A stretch of 63,893 nt of DNA, counting the filler, from Asterionella formosa (Eukaryota): NCBI GenBank assembly GCA_002256025.1. It is 24 parts of 24 records of this genome, joined end to end, with 100 filler letters (N's around TTAATTAATTAA, not from the genome) between each part and the next. Parts side by side here need not be neighbours in the genome. Positions count along the whole stretch, not along the records: positions 45,716 to 47,280 come from NKIB01001922.1; positions 47,381 to 48,942 come from NKIB01001923.1; positions 49,043 to 50,604 come from NKIB01001924.1; positions 50,705 to 52,266 come from NKIB01001926.1; positions 52,367 to 53,928 come from NKIB01001927.1; positions 54,029 to 55,590 come from NKIB01001928.1; positions 55,691 to 57,251 come from NKIB01001929.1; positions 57,352 to 58,912 come from NKIB01001930.1; 16 more parts are not named here. One strand, written 5' to 3'. Both the position numbers and the translations under genes were made by a program. The notes under the pieces were generated by a model, which had not been told where the DNA came from, searched no databases, and worked only from the letters and a program-made list of their open reading frames with translations. This document shows, piece after piece, positions 45,716 to 59,012 of the stretch. Within the stretch, counting starts at the first letter, position 1; every line of letters begins with the position of its first letter.

Positions 45716-47280
45716 GAACACTTGATCCAATTTGGACGAATTGGATATGTCACCATAAGAACTCCTGTGAATAAGCTTGATGATAAAGCAATTAAATGTG
45801 TCATGATTGGATACTCTGAAAACCACTCAGGTGATACCTACCGACTCTTTAACCCTATAACCAAGAAGGTGATTCAGAGCCGTGATGTAAAATGGATTGA
45901 ATGGCATGGAGAAACGAAACCTACTAATGATCTGACCATGTTCAAGACTGGGATTGATGAAATTGAGTTTGAGGAGGAACTTGACCAACCTGTTGCACCA
46001 ACTCCGACTGTCATCCCAGATGATGAGACTGGATCACTTTCGACTCTTAATGACTTGCAGGTCTCTGAAGCAGGGAGTAATGAAGCTTCAAATACTTCAA
46101 AACCTGCTATTACAAGAGCTGAACGAGAGCTCAAGAAACTTGGTCATGAAACTGCTCCAACGATGTCTACACTACGTTCTGGAAGATATCATAACATTGT
46201 AGATGATGATGATGATCATCTGGATTCTAAGCCTATTTCATCCATGGAGGCTCATTACATCTACAGCTCTACGCTTGCATCAGATCCAGGTGAACCCAAG
46301 ACCTACAGTGCGGCACTGAAAGCAGATGACAGAGAAAAATGGATTCCAGCAATCAAAAGTGAAATTAATAATTTTATAAAACGAAAATTCTGGTCAAAAT
46401 TCCCAAGATCAGAATTGCATGGACGCAAGCCGCTTGGGAGTCGATGGGTCTTCAAGAAAAAGAAGGAACAAGACTTGACTACACGCTATAAGGCACGTGT
46501 GGTCGTCAAGGGATATATTCAAATCCCCGGTGTTGATTTTACCGACTCGTTTGCACCTGTGGCTACGGATACAAGTATCAGAGTTGTCTTTGCAATCACC
46601 ATGCACAAAAAGACATGGACTTTGGAGGTCATTGACGTCGAAGCATCCTTTCTTGAAGGAGACTTAGAGGAAGACATCTACCTTGAATGGCCTGAAGGCG
46701 TTGTTGAGTTTGGCTTTGAAGACAACAAGGTTGTCTCAGAAAATTGTATTCTTCTAAGTAAAGCCATGTATGGAACGGTGCAGGCTGCGCGACAGTGGTA
46801 CAAGAAACTTGTGGAGCGTCTGATTCTCATTGGAATGAAACAGAGCAAAGTGGATCCATGCATTTTCTTCTTGAAACGTGATTTGAAATTGGTTCTAATT
46901 GTTTGTATCTATGTTGATGACTGCATTGTTTCAGGAGAACAAGCCGATGTTGACTGGCTTAAGGCTGAATCCAAGAAGCATTTCACCATAAAGGAACTCG
47001 GACCAATCAAGAAACATTTAGGAGTTTGGTATGACTGGGGCGAGGATGCTGATGGAAGATTTCTTGAATCTACTATGGAGGATTTCGTTGAAGGAATGTT
47101 TGAAGACTATAAGAATCTCTTTGGACGTTATCCCGCAATTGCACCAACTCCCGGATTGCCAGGTACAAGTTTGTCCAAGAATGATGCCCACACTGTTCTA
47201 CATAGTGAATACAGATCCATGGTTGGAAAAATCTTATACTTTGTAAAGAAGATATCTCCAATTTGTGCCAATGCATGTCG
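45716..47280 (+). mobile_element. Copia pol fragment (RT), open frame
   Basis: RVT_2-type motifs WVFKKK, YKARVV, DVEASFL, YVDD. Confidence 0.95.
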
Positions 47281-47380
47281 NNNNNNNNNNNNNNNNNNNN
47301 NNNNNNNNNNNNNNNNNNNNNNNNTTAATTAATTAANNNNNNNNNNNNNNNNNNNNNNNNNNNNNNNNNNNNNNNNNNNN

Positions 47381-48942
47381 GAACACTTGATCCAATTTGG
47401 ACGAATTGGATATGTCACCATAAGAACTCCTGTGAATAAGCTTGATGATAAAGCAATTAAATGTGTCATGATTGGATACTCTGAAAACCACTCAGGTGAT
47501 ACCTACCGACTCTTTAACCCTATAACCAAGAAGGTGATTCAGAGCCGTGATGTAAAATGGATTGAATGGCATGGAGAAACGAAACCTACTGATGATCTGA
47601 CCATGTTCAAGACTGGGATTGATGAAATTGAGTTTGAGGAGGAACTTGACCAACCTGTTGCGCCAACTCTGACTGTCATCCCAGATGATGAGACTGGATC
47701 ACTTTCGACTCTTAATGACTTGCAGGTCTCTGAAGCAGGGAGGAATGAAGCTTCAAATACTTCAAAACCTGCTATTACAAGAGCTGAACGAGAGCTCAAG
47801 AAACTTGGTCATGAAACTGCTCCAACGATGTCTACACTACGTTCTGGAAGATTGCATACTATTGTAGATGACGATGATGATCTGGATTCTAAGCCTACTT
47901 CATCCATGGAGGTTCATTACATCTACAGCTCTACACTTGCATCAGATCCAGGTGAACCCAAGACCTACAGTGCGGCACTGAAAGCAGATGACAGAGAAAA
48001 ATGGATTCCAGCAATCAAAAGTGAAATTAATAATTTTATAAAACGAAAAGTCTGGTCAAAATTCCCAAGATCAGAATTGCATGGACGCAAGCCGCTTGGG
48101 AGTCGATGGGTCTTCAAGAAAAAGAAGGAACAAGACTTGACTACACGCTATAAGGCACGTGTGGTTGTCAAGGGATATGTTCAAATCCCCGGTGTTGATT
48201 TTACCGACTCGTTTGCACCCGTGGCTACGGATACAAGTATCAGAGTTGTCTTTGCAATCACCATGCACAAGAAGACATGGACTTTGGAGGTCATTGATGT
48301 CGAAGCATCCTTTCTTGAAGGAGACTTAGAGGAAGACATCTACCTTGAATGGCCTGAAGGCGTTGTTGAGTTTGGCTTTGAAGACAACAAGGTTGTCTCA
48401 GAAAATTGTATTCTTCTAAGTAAAGCCATGTATGGAACGGTGCAGGCTGCGCGACAGTGGTACAAGAAACTTGTGGAGCGTCTGATTCTCATTGGAATGA
48501 AACAGAGCAAAGTGGATCCATGCATTTTCTTCTTGAAACGTGATTTGAAATTGGTTCTAATTGTTTGTATCTATGTTGATGACTGCATTGTTGCAGGAGA
48601 ACAAGCCGATGTTGACTGGCTTAAGGCTGAAGCCAAGAAGCATTTCACCATAAAGGAACTCGGACCAATCAAGAAACATTTAGGAGTTTGGTATGACTGG
48701 GGAGAGGATGCTGATGGAAGATTTCTTGAATCTACTATGGAGGATTTCGTTGAAGGAATGTTTGAAGACTATAAGAATCTCTTTGGACGTTATCCCGCAA
48801 TTGCACCAACTCCCGGATTGCCAGGTACAAGTTTGTCCAAGAATGATGCCCACACTGTTCTACATAGTGAATACAGATCCATGGTTGGAAAAATCTTATA
48901 CTTTGTAAAGAAGATATCTCCAATTTGTGCCAATGCATGTCG
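47381..48942 (+). mobile_element. Copia pol fragment (RT), open frame
   Basis: Same motifs and endpoints as 45716-47280. Confidence 0.95.
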
Positions 48943-49042
48943 NNNNNNNNNNNNNNNNNNNNNNNNNNNNNNNNNNNNNNNNNNNNTTAATTAATTAANN
49001 NNNNNNNNNNNNNNNNNNNNNNNNNNNNNNNNNNNNNNNNNN

Positions 49043-50604
49043 GAACACTTGATCCAATTTGGACGAATTGGATATGTCACCATAAGAACTCCTGTGAATA
49101 AGCTTGATGATAAAGCAATTAAATGTGTCATGATTGGATACTCTGAAAACCACTCAGGTGATACCTACCGACTCTTTAACCCTATAACCAAGAAGGTGAT
49201 TCAGAGCCGTGATGTAAAATGGATTGAATGGCATGGAGAAACGAAACCTACTGATGATCTGACCATGTTCAAGACTGGGATTGATGAAATTGAGTTTGAG
49301 GAGGAACTTGACCAACCTGTTGCGCCAACTCTGACTGTCATCCCAGATGATGAGACTGGATCACTTTCGACTCTTAATGACTTGCAGGTCTCTGAAGCAG
49401 GGAGGAATGAAGCTTCAAATACTTCAAAACCTGCTATTACAAGAGCTGAACGAGAGCTCAAGAAACTTGGTCATGAAACTGCTCCAACGATGTCTACACT
49501 ACGTTCTGGAAGATTGCATACTATTGTAGATGACGATGATGATCTGGATTCTAAGCCTACTTCATCCATGGAGGTTCATTACATCTACAGCTCTACACTT
49601 GCATCAGATCCAGGTGAACCCAAGACCTACAGTGCGGCACTGAAAGCAGATGACAGAGAAAAATGGATTCCAGCAATCAAAAGTGAAATTAATAATTTTA
49701 TAAAACGAAAAGTCTGGTCAAAATTCCCAAGATCAGAATTGCATGGACGCAAGCCGCTTGGGAGTCGATGGGTCTTCAAGAAAAAGAAGGAACAAGACTT
49801 GACTACACGCTATAAGGCACGTGTGGTTGTCAAGGGATATGTTCAAATCCCCGGTGTTGATTTTACCGACTCGTTTGCACCTGTGGCTACAGATACAAGT
49901 ATCAGAGTTGTCTTTGCAATCACCATGCACAAGAAGACATGGACTTTGGAGGTCATTGACGTCGAAGCATCCTTTCTTGAAGGAGACTTAGAGGAAGACA
50001 TCTACCTTGAATGGCCTGAAGGCGTTGTTGAGTTTGGCTTTGAAGACAACAAGGTTGTCTCAGAAAATTGTATTCTTCTAAGTAAAGCCATGTACGGAAC
50101 GGTGCAGGCTGCGCGACAGTGGTACAAGAAACTTGTGGAGCGTCTGATTCTCATTGGAATGAAACAGAGCAAAGTGGATCCATGCATTTTCTTCTTGAAA
50201 CGTGATTTGAAATTGGTTCTAATTGTTTGTATCTATGTTGATGACTGCATTGTTGCAGGAGAACAAGCCGATGTTGACTGGCTTAAGGCTGAAGCCAAGA
50301 AGCATTTCACCATAAAGGAACTCGGACCAATCAAGAAACATTTAGGAGTTTGGTATGACTGGGGAGAGGATGCTGATGGAAGATTTCTTGAATCTACTAT
50401 GGAGGATTTCGTTGAAGGAATGTTTGAAGACTATAAGAATCTCTTTGGACGTTATCCCGCAATTGCACCAACTCCCGGATTGCCAGGTACAAGTTTGTCC
50501 AAGAATGTTGCCCACACTGTTCTACATAGTGAATACAGATCCATGGTTGGAAAAATCTTATACTTTGTAAAGAAGATATCTCCAATTTGTGCCAATGCAT
50601 GTCG
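49043..50604 (+). mobile_element. Copia pol fragment (RT), open frame
   Basis: Differs from 47381-48942 by a few SNPs. Confidence 0.95.
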
Positions 50605-50704
50605 NNNNNNNNNNNNNNNNNNNNNNNNNNNNNNNNNNNNNNNNNNNNTTAATTAATTAANNNNNNNNNNNNNNNNNNNNNNNNNNNNNNNNNNNNNNNN
50701 NNNN

Positions 50705-52266
50705 GAACACTTGATCCAATTTGGACGAATTGGATATGTCACCATAAGAACTCCTGTGAATAAGCTTGATGATAAAGCAATTAAATGTGTCATGATTGGA
50801 TACTCTGAAAACCACTCAGGTGATACCTACCGACTCTTTAACCCTATAACCAAGAAGGTGATTCAGAGCCGTGATGTAAAATGGATTGAATGGCATGGAG
50901 AAACGAAACCTAATAATGATCTGACCATGTTCAAGACTGGGATTGATGAAATTGAGTTTGAGGAGGAACTTGACCAACCTGCTGCACCAACTCCGACTGT
51001 CATCCCAGATGATGAGACTGGATCACTTTCGACTCTTAATGACTTGCAGGTCTCTGAAGCAGGGAGGAATGAAGCTTCAAATACTTCAAAACCTGCTATT
51101 ACGAGAGCTGAACGAGAGCTCAAGAAACTTGGTCATGAAACTGCTCCAACGATGTCTACACTACATTCTGGAAGATTGCATAATGTAGATGATGATGATG
51201 ATCTGGATTCTAAGCCTACTTCATCCATGGAGGTTCATTACATCTATAGCTCTACACTTGCATCAGATCCAGGTGAACCCAAGACCTACAGTGCGGCACT
51301 GAAAGCAGATGACAGAGAAAAATGGATTCCAGCAATCAAAAGTGAAATTAATAATTTTATAAAACGAAAAGTCTGGTCAAAATTCCCAAGATCAGAATTG
51401 CATGGACGCAAGCCGCTTGGGAGTCGATGGGTCTTCAAGAAAAAGAAGGAACAAGACTTGACTACACGCTATAAGGCACGTGTGGTCGTCAAGGGATAGT
51501 ATGTTCAAATCCCCGGTGTTGATTTTACCGACTCGTTTGCACCTGTGGCTACGGATACAAGTATCAGAGTTGTCTTTGCAATCACCATGCACAAGAAGAC
51601 ATGGACTTTGGAGGTCATTGACGTCGAAGCATCCTTTCTTGAAGGAGACTTAGAGGAAGACATCTACCTTGAATGGCCTGAAGGCGTTGTTGAGTTTGGC
51701 TTTGAAGACAACAAGGTTGTCTCAGAAAATTGTATTCTTCTAAGTAAAGCCATGTATGGAACGGTGCAGGCTGCGCGACAGTGGTACAAGAAACTTGTGG
51801 AGCGTCTGATTCTCATTGGAATGAAACAGAGCAAAGTGGATCCATGCATTTTCTTCTTGAAACGTGATTTGAAATTGGTTCTAATTGTTTGTATCTATGT
51901 TGATGACTGCATTGTTGCAGGAGAACAAGCCGATGTTGACTGGCTTAAGGCTGAAGCCAAGAAGCATTTCACCATAAAGGAACTCGGACCAATCAAGAAA
52001 CATTTAGGAGTTTGGTATGACTGGGGAGAGGATGCTGATGGAAGATTTCTTGAATCTACTATGGAGGATTTCGTTGAAGGAATGTTTGAAGACTATAAGA
52101 ATCTCTTTGGACGTTATCCCGCAATTGCACCAACTCCCGGATTGCCAGGTACAAGTTTGTCCAAGAATGATGCCCACACTGTTCTACATAGTGAATACAG
52201 ATCCATGGTTGGAAAAATCTTATACTTTGTAAAGAAGATATCTCCAATTTGTGCCAATGCATGTCG
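50705..52266 (+). mobile_element. Copia pol fragment (RT) with an in-frame stop
   Basis: A 3-nt insertion gives GGA-TAG-TAT at about 51494-51502. Confidence 0.95.
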
Positions 52267-52366
52267 NNNNNNNNNNNNNNNNNNNNNNNNNNNNNNNNNN
52301 NNNNNNNNNNTTAATTAATTAANNNNNNNNNNNNNNNNNNNNNNNNNNNNNNNNNNNNNNNNNNNN

Positions 52367-53270
52367 CTTCAACGATACAATGCAGTCTCTTGCTACAGAT
52401 ACTGAAGTCGATCGATTTGTTGACTCCCTCATACTTCCTGATGACTTTGTGCTTGATAGTGAAAGGACAAAGGTGATTTTCATCAAAGGTGTTGCAATGA
52501 AGCAGATCTCGGTCAAGGTTCTCCGAAAAATTTGCGTCAGATACAAAGTTTCTGGATACAAAAATGCGAAGAAGGCTTTCACTGTTGCTTTGATTGCTCG
52601 ACTTTTGAAGAGAGAAAGCTTGTCACAGAGGATATACCCTAGATCTTTCATTGTCAATGAATCAGACATTGAATTGGATAGTGATAATGATAATCACGAA
52701 GATTCATCAATTAATGATGAGGAATTCAAAGTCGATGAAGATTGCGAAGATGATAATGATGAAATGAACGAAAAAGTTCAAGAGGCAACAGCAGTGCAGC
52801 CACATGAGTCTTTGGTCGATCCTCAGTCTGAACAAGAGGAAGTGAACCCTCCTGTGAAAAAGGCAAAAAAGAATAAGGCACAGGCAAAGTCAACCCCTCC
52901 AGATGCTGTGACCTGCATAAACACATACTTCCGTGTCATTAATGTCTACATGTGCAACAAGCATCGCAGTGATGTTTTGCGTCTAGGTCAGCCACCAACT
53001 CTGGCTGAACTTGATGCAAGAAGATTTCGACACAAGTTCATTTTCGATCGACTTGTTGTCACATATAATGATGATGAGGATGACGACTGCATCATTCTAG
53101 CATTTCCCGAAGATGAATACTGGGACCAAGTTGGAATTGATGCTGAATACGCAAAAAAATATGATGTCCTCACTTCCAAAGACTTTTCATTGGTAATGGG
53201 ATACATTAATCATCATTATCAAGTTGCCTATCGAAAAAACAAACAATCAGGCAATCATGATGATTTTGTC
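52367..53270 (+). mobile_element. Harbinger accessory ORF, cut by an internal deletion
   Basis: Long acidic/basic ORF convergent with the transposase; after KQSGNHDDF it reads into antisense transposase sequence. Confidence 0.6.
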
Positions 53271-53928
53271 ACATCACTGCATCGTCCAGGAGCAATCACC
53301 CCAAAAAATATAAATCTACTCTCAACATCACAGATAGCCTGAACATTGATACCATAAGTCATGTAATGTCCAGAATAAAAAGCTCCTGGATTGTTTCCAC
53401 AGTCACGTAGCGTGGGGCGACTAATTGTGGCTAAAAAACCATCAATAGCACCAACACACCCTCTGATCAACCCTTCTGTGCTCTTTTGTTCAAAGGCTAT
53501 AGCCAATTTCACCAAATCACTCCTTGTTTTAGGAAATATAATTTTCAGATAATCACAGTTAAGCACGGCTTCAAGAAATAAATCTCGGCATCTATAGATT
53601 GAAGCTATGCTACATCCATAGGCATGACGAATGTCAATGTAGCTGCCTCCAGCCAACCATCGAATGCCAATGGCCAGCACAATTTCTGGGTAAATGGGAG
53701 TAGCTGTACCGCACTTGAAGAAATTTCCAATGACATCACTCTCCAGTAAGTAAACCAACTTCTTAAAGGCTCGAAGGGACATTCTATAAGTCTTTTCAAA
53801 TGCGTCCTCATGACACAGCTTCTTGACATGAGAATGCCATGACATTCTCTCATGCTCCCATTTCGCCTTCCTCTTTTTAACTTTCGTTTCAGCCTCCAGA
53901 GCCAGATGACAAAGGATAAAGAATTGAT
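53255..53928 (-). mobile_element. Harbinger transposase, C-terminally deleted
   Basis: Close paralog of 3-1007 (RWLAGGSYIDI, GCVGAIDG, YGINVQAICD); homology stops at PGRCSD. Confidence 0.9.
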
Positions 53929-54525
53929 NNNNNNNNNNNNNNNNNNNNNNNNNNNNNNNNNNNNNNNNNNNNTTAATTAATTAANNNNNNNNNNNNNNNN
54001 NNNNNNNNNNNNNNNNNNNNNNNNNNNNCATTAAAATATATTTTATATATTTCATATGTTCGCATTTTGGCAAGACAACAGACACCAATTGCCCCTCGGT
54101 TTTCCAGCCCTGGGATTGCCGAAATCGGCAAGGGGTCTACTTAAGGAAACCATTTTATATACTATTCAGATTCTAATAATTTATATCTAGAATTCACCTC
54201 GTTTTTGTTCGTCTCCTGAAAAGTGGACTCCGGCAATTCACCTTTCACCATGCCAATCGTCGTCCATCATGACCGGTTTGAAGCGAAATCAGTTCCGCGA
54301 TGACGCCAGTAGCGATTCTTTGCCTAACAGATGCGGTTGATTGTTGGATTGCTTGTCTTCTCGAGGTATTCATGTAGTCGCATCGTCCATATTTCGTCGG
54401 ACGAACGATGATATCGATACATCTGATGTTGCTTGGTAGCAAGTTTTTGCTCCGGTCATGTATGTATGTAATGATGCTTAACGGATATTCTACCGGTACC
54501 GGCAGTCATCTAGTCAACATACGTA

Positions 54526-55590
54526 CGTGGTACTAAAAACAACCATGCATGGTTTCAGCTATGCTTTAACGCTTACTTTGAGCACGTTATAATATTATCT
54601 CTGTAGACTCGCTATTATTTTTACGAGACCTGAAATGTTGAAATATATCGTTCACATATTCATTGATTTTACGTACCGTATGCCCGATTTCGTCCTCAGA
54701 AATATAGCTAGTTCTCACTCTATCTTGCCTGCCTTTGCTCTATTTGGGCTTGCAATAGGCAACGTTCGTCTTTCTTTTATCCCATAGTCTGCTGCTTGTT
54801 ATGCTAGTTGAAGCGGATCGGTGAGTACAACAGTGAAATACTGAATGTGGATTGTAGATCGTATTTATCGACTTTCCGATTTGATTGCTTCCGTGGTTTG
54901 TTTTGATTGCTTCCATCGTTGTTTGTCGTTACGCACTGTCGTTTTGTTTCGATTGTACATATCTACATGAGAACCAATGCATTTATCAATGACTACTCAT
55001 TGAAGATGTGGTATTGTGCCGTTGTTGATCGTATTTGTTGATTTGTATAGTCGTTGACAATGATGTCAATATTGCCGCCACGCAATGCATTTCTTGTACT
55101 AACGCGCTTTGCTACAATTCTACTACGAGCTCGTATCAGAAGCTACATGAATACTCAGCTAGAGAGAGTCAATAGTTCTGGAGCAGCGTGGCGATCACGC
55201 TTGCTTGCTCAGAATGGAATGATCAGGGTTGCTTGTTTGGTGGGCAGCGGAGAGGAATGACTGTGGCGGAAATACTGCTACTGGTGTCAGGCCACTACAG
55301 CGATGCGCATGGTTGCAGAAACCAGAACATTTACGCTACATAACGATGTAGGTCAAGATTGGGTTCAGCTTTTCCCTTCTTATTTCGGTCTTCGATTGTG
55401 TGGTGATGGAAAGTCAATGTTGCCTGGTGTGTAAGTACTACTACAATGATTCACAATGCATACGTCTCCATTGGAACTCTTATTTTTTATTTCATTTCTA
55501 ACCCAAAACAATTTTTTCTATTTCTCATTTGATGCTACTTATTACACCGCATTTCATACTTTGGTTGCTCCAAACATCATGTTCAATTTT
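54526..55590 (-). repeat. Diverged copy of the 1437-bp unit with a unique flank
   Basis: Reverse complement of about 36470-35734 continuing into 37170-36860; homology ends at ...TAGTACCACG. Confidence 0.85.
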
Positions 55591-56539
55591 NNNNNNNNNN
55601 NNNNNNNNNNNNNNNNNNNNNNNNNNNNNNNNNNTTAATTAATTAANNNNNNNNNNNNNNNNNNNNNNNNNNNNNNNNNNNNNNNNNNNNGGTGTGCTTG
55701 TCAGCAGCTTGAAACGCAGCAAAGCTACATAACGTTGGCAGTAATGATAATTGCAACCCAGAGTTTTGATGGTTACAAGAATGTGTCAGATCGTTGGGAT
55801 ACATAGACACAACACAATACCTCGATAAGGGCAATTTCGAGATACTTGTGCCAGCTCCTTTTTCAGTGACAGGATATTTGCAGATAAACGGAACAATCTT
55901 TCAAAAAAGGCTGAAGCGACCGGCGATCCTTCCAGTTTCGTCACTTCTCTCCTGGGATACTCTCAAAAATCATCTTGTCTTACCTTCGACGAGGAGCGAT
56001 GCGCGTACGAGCAGCGAGAGCTAAATTGTTTCGGCAAACAGCAAACATCATGGTGTGGAGGGAAAATTTGTAATTGCAGATGAGCTGAGGGTCTACAGGT
56101 ATAGCATATCTACACTACAGGTATAATATTATATTATATACATGCAACAAATCCTTGCTTCCGCCCACCAACCTTTTTGCTCACTTCTGCTCTCCCCCGA
56201 CGACGACCGTCCAAGTTTTGTCGGCATTTCTTCTTGCGCACAGCCATTCTGCCTACAAATGATACGTGCGTGGTGTGTCCCAGTATGTTACATCTTCTGT
56301 TGTTGCAATTTATTTTTAAAGCACCAGGTACCTAGGTGCTGTTTCTGAATACTACCGGTATTGTATATATAAATACTGCTGCAAGAATACTTCCAATTTT
56401 GAAGAAAAAAATCATATTTTATAGAACTTACAGCAACAGCACGGTATATACAGGTAAGGTATACTGCTATTTTTCTCCGTGTCATGTAAATTGCTGTATT
56501 TACGAGTGACGTCGTGGTATTTTCGTTTTGGCTTCTTAC

Positions 56540-56705
56540 TGTTAATATCTGCATATATGCTCCATACATGCGCCGTACGAACCATACCGGCGCAGCCACC
56601 AGATTAGGTACATGCGTGAGTCCTAACAACGATGTACTTGGAACAGCAATAGAATAGTCATAATATTGTAGTTCACCTTTATTCACGATAAGGTTCCCCT
56701 CAACA
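56540..56705 (+). mobile_element. Copia LTR (166 bp), second Copia family
   Basis: TGTTAATA...CCTCAACA; reverse complement of 58197-58363. Confidence 0.88.
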
Positions 56706-57251
56706 GAACTACAACATATAAAGCATTACATCAACGTTTGTGCAAAGCTGGCCTACGTCCCAAACTTCAACGCCTTGACAATGAGTGTTCTACACTCCTC
56801 AAAGAATTCTTGGACAAAGAAGCTATTGACTTTCAGTTGGTCCCGCCGGCTGTCCATCGTTGCAATGCCGCTGAACGTGCAATTCGCACCTTTCAAAATC
56901 ATTTCATTGCCAGTCTATGCAGTGTCGACAAACACTTTCCTCTCCATTTGTGGGACCAACTATAAGTTCAAGCTGAACTTACTCTTAACCTCCTCCGTGG
57001 CTCACGCATCAACCCCAAACTGTCTGCTTGGGCACAGGTCAATGGAACCTATGATTACAACCGTGTCCCCCTTGCTCCACCTAGCTGTTGGGTCCTTGTT
57101 CATGCCAAGCCCCAACACCGCACCACATGGGCTCCGCATGCTCTCGATGGTTGGTATGTCGGCCCTGCTGTGGATTCCTATCGCTGCTACCGCATCTGGA
57201 TGTGGGACACACATTCAATCAGAATCTGCGATACTGTCTCGTGGTTTCCAA
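56706..57251 (+). mobile_element. Copia integrase core, frameshifted
   Basis: PKLQRLDNECS, QLVPPAVHRCNAAERAIRTFQNHF, FPLHLWDQL, then QAELTLNLLR...GWYVGPAVDSYRCY. Confidence 0.9.
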
Positions 57252-57351
57252 NNNNNNNNNNNNNNNNNNNNNNNNNNNNNNNNNNNNNNNNNNNNTTAAT
57301 TAATTAANNNNNNNNNNNNNNNNNNNNNNNNNNNNNNNNNNNNNNNNNNNN

Positions 57352-57803
57352 GAGCTGTGGGAGTGGGAGGAAGGGCCGGAAAGGGCAGACCAGGCAGAGG
57401 CATGGTCAGAAAGGTGTAGATAGGATGCCGGGGAAGCCGAAGGCAGAGCCCGGGGTGAAATATGGGGTGGTGGGTAGGGACTCATAGAATACGGGGCTGA
57501 ATAGCGAAGAGGAGGCGCAGACGTGCGGGGGTCCATAGCGAACTCGGATGATGAGGGCGGGACAAAATGCGGAAGTTGAGCATTAGTGGAGAACTGGTGA
57601 TGGCAGGTAGGGTTAGGGTTCTGGTTAGGGTTCTGGTTAGGGTTCTGGTTAGGGTTAGGGTTAGGGTTAAGCGGTGCCACCAAAAGTTCACCATGGGGAT
57701 GGGGAAATAATGCACCAGCATTGTGTTGTTGCCATGCAGCCAATTCGCCACTGAATGCAGCTGCATCAGTGTCATTGGCATCATGAGGCGATGGAGATCG
57801 CAT
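57352..57803 (-). CDS. Pro/Ser-rich ORF start with an NP/NPNQ repeat; function unknown
   Basis: Open for about 150 codons to the contig end; the repeat reads TTAGGG on the + strand. Confidence 0.35.
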
Positions 57804-58196
57804 GATGGAGGGAAGTCTGGTAAGGGATCAGTAACCTGTGTGTGTTGAGAGGGAGAAACGCTTGCAACGGATGCCAGCGGCAGCTACATTAACAAGGAAC
57901 TGAGATTCTAAAGTAGTATTTAACTAGCTGTAGAGGGACCAGTACTCACGGGAATTAAGCACTTACAGGAATCTTGGTAGGATATACGGAGTAACCGGTA
58001 TATGGTACCAACAATATGCATTACGCTATTTATAGAGTAATAGGTGCAGTACCAGTACCAGGTACCTGGTACTACCAATGCTACCACCAGCTACCTGGTA
58101 ACTGGTACCGGTACCTGGTGTAGTGCTTACGTATTAACGGTACTGGGGAGACAAGCATCCAAGTGCCGGTTGTGACGATACTGACTCAGAACAAAA

Positions 58197-58363
58197 TGTT
58201 GAGGGGAACCTTATCGTGAATAAAGGTGAACTACAATATTATGACTATTCTATTGCTGTTCCAAGTACATCGTTGTCAGCACTCACGCATGTACCTAATC
58301 TGGTGGCTGCGCCGGTATGGTTCGTACGGCGCATGTATGGAGCATCATATGCAGATATTAACA
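58197..58363 (-). mobile_element. Copia 3' LTR (167 bp)
   Basis: Follows PPT-like GGTGAGGGTG at the end of RNase H; TG...CA ends. Confidence 0.88.
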
Positions 58364-58912
58364 CACCCTCACCAACAGATGCAGGCAGGAGAACAGGAGC
58401 GGGGAGGGAGATGCTATCAGCATCGGAAGCCAAGCACGCATAATAGTTAGGAGGACTAGGGAGGGATGGAGGGCAATGGAGGTAGTGCGGGCGCATCAAC
58501 ATATGATGGGAAGCGGGATGATGTTTAGTGAAATAATCAGCACGATTCAAACTACCTTTTTTCCAGTATACAAGAAATTGGCCTTGGCGAACCCGATCGC
58601 GTACCCAGTAATAACGCATATCCATAGCTTTGGAACGTTTTTGTCGGACAGTATCATTGGCGATGCCACTGGCAGTGCTATTATCGGTGACAATACGGGT
58701 AGAAGGTTGGGGATGACCAAGCTCAGCAAGAATGGTGCGAATAGCATATGCCTCTTTGCCATTGTGGAATAAAGCAGCTAATTCGGCCTCAGCAGCACTT
58801 GATACAACCTCCTTAAGAATTTGACAGTGGACGTAAATAGCACCGTTAAGAGGAGGGATGGATGTAGTGAGGCTAGGTGGAGACACGGGTTTACAGCTGA
58901 GAAAGTGAATGC
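58364..58912 (-). mobile_element. Copia RNase H domain
   Basis: VSSAAEAELAALF, IVTDNSTA, KRSKAMDMRYYW, NRADYFTKHH. Confidence 0.93.
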
Positions 58913-59012
58913 NNNNNNNNNNNNNNNNNNNNNNNNNNNNNNNNNNNNNNNNNNNNTTAATTAATTAANNNNNNNNNNNNNNNNNNNNNNNNNNNNNNNN
59001 NNNNNNNNNNNN

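Noticed and set aside
45716..52266. Apparent tandem array of RT genes (retron- or DGR-like system)
   Set aside because: Separate contigs of one Copia family with ordinary RVT_2 motifs.
56288..56686. ORF MNKGELQYYDY... present twice (also 58216-58443)
   Set aside because: Antisense reading of the Copia LTR, not a gene.
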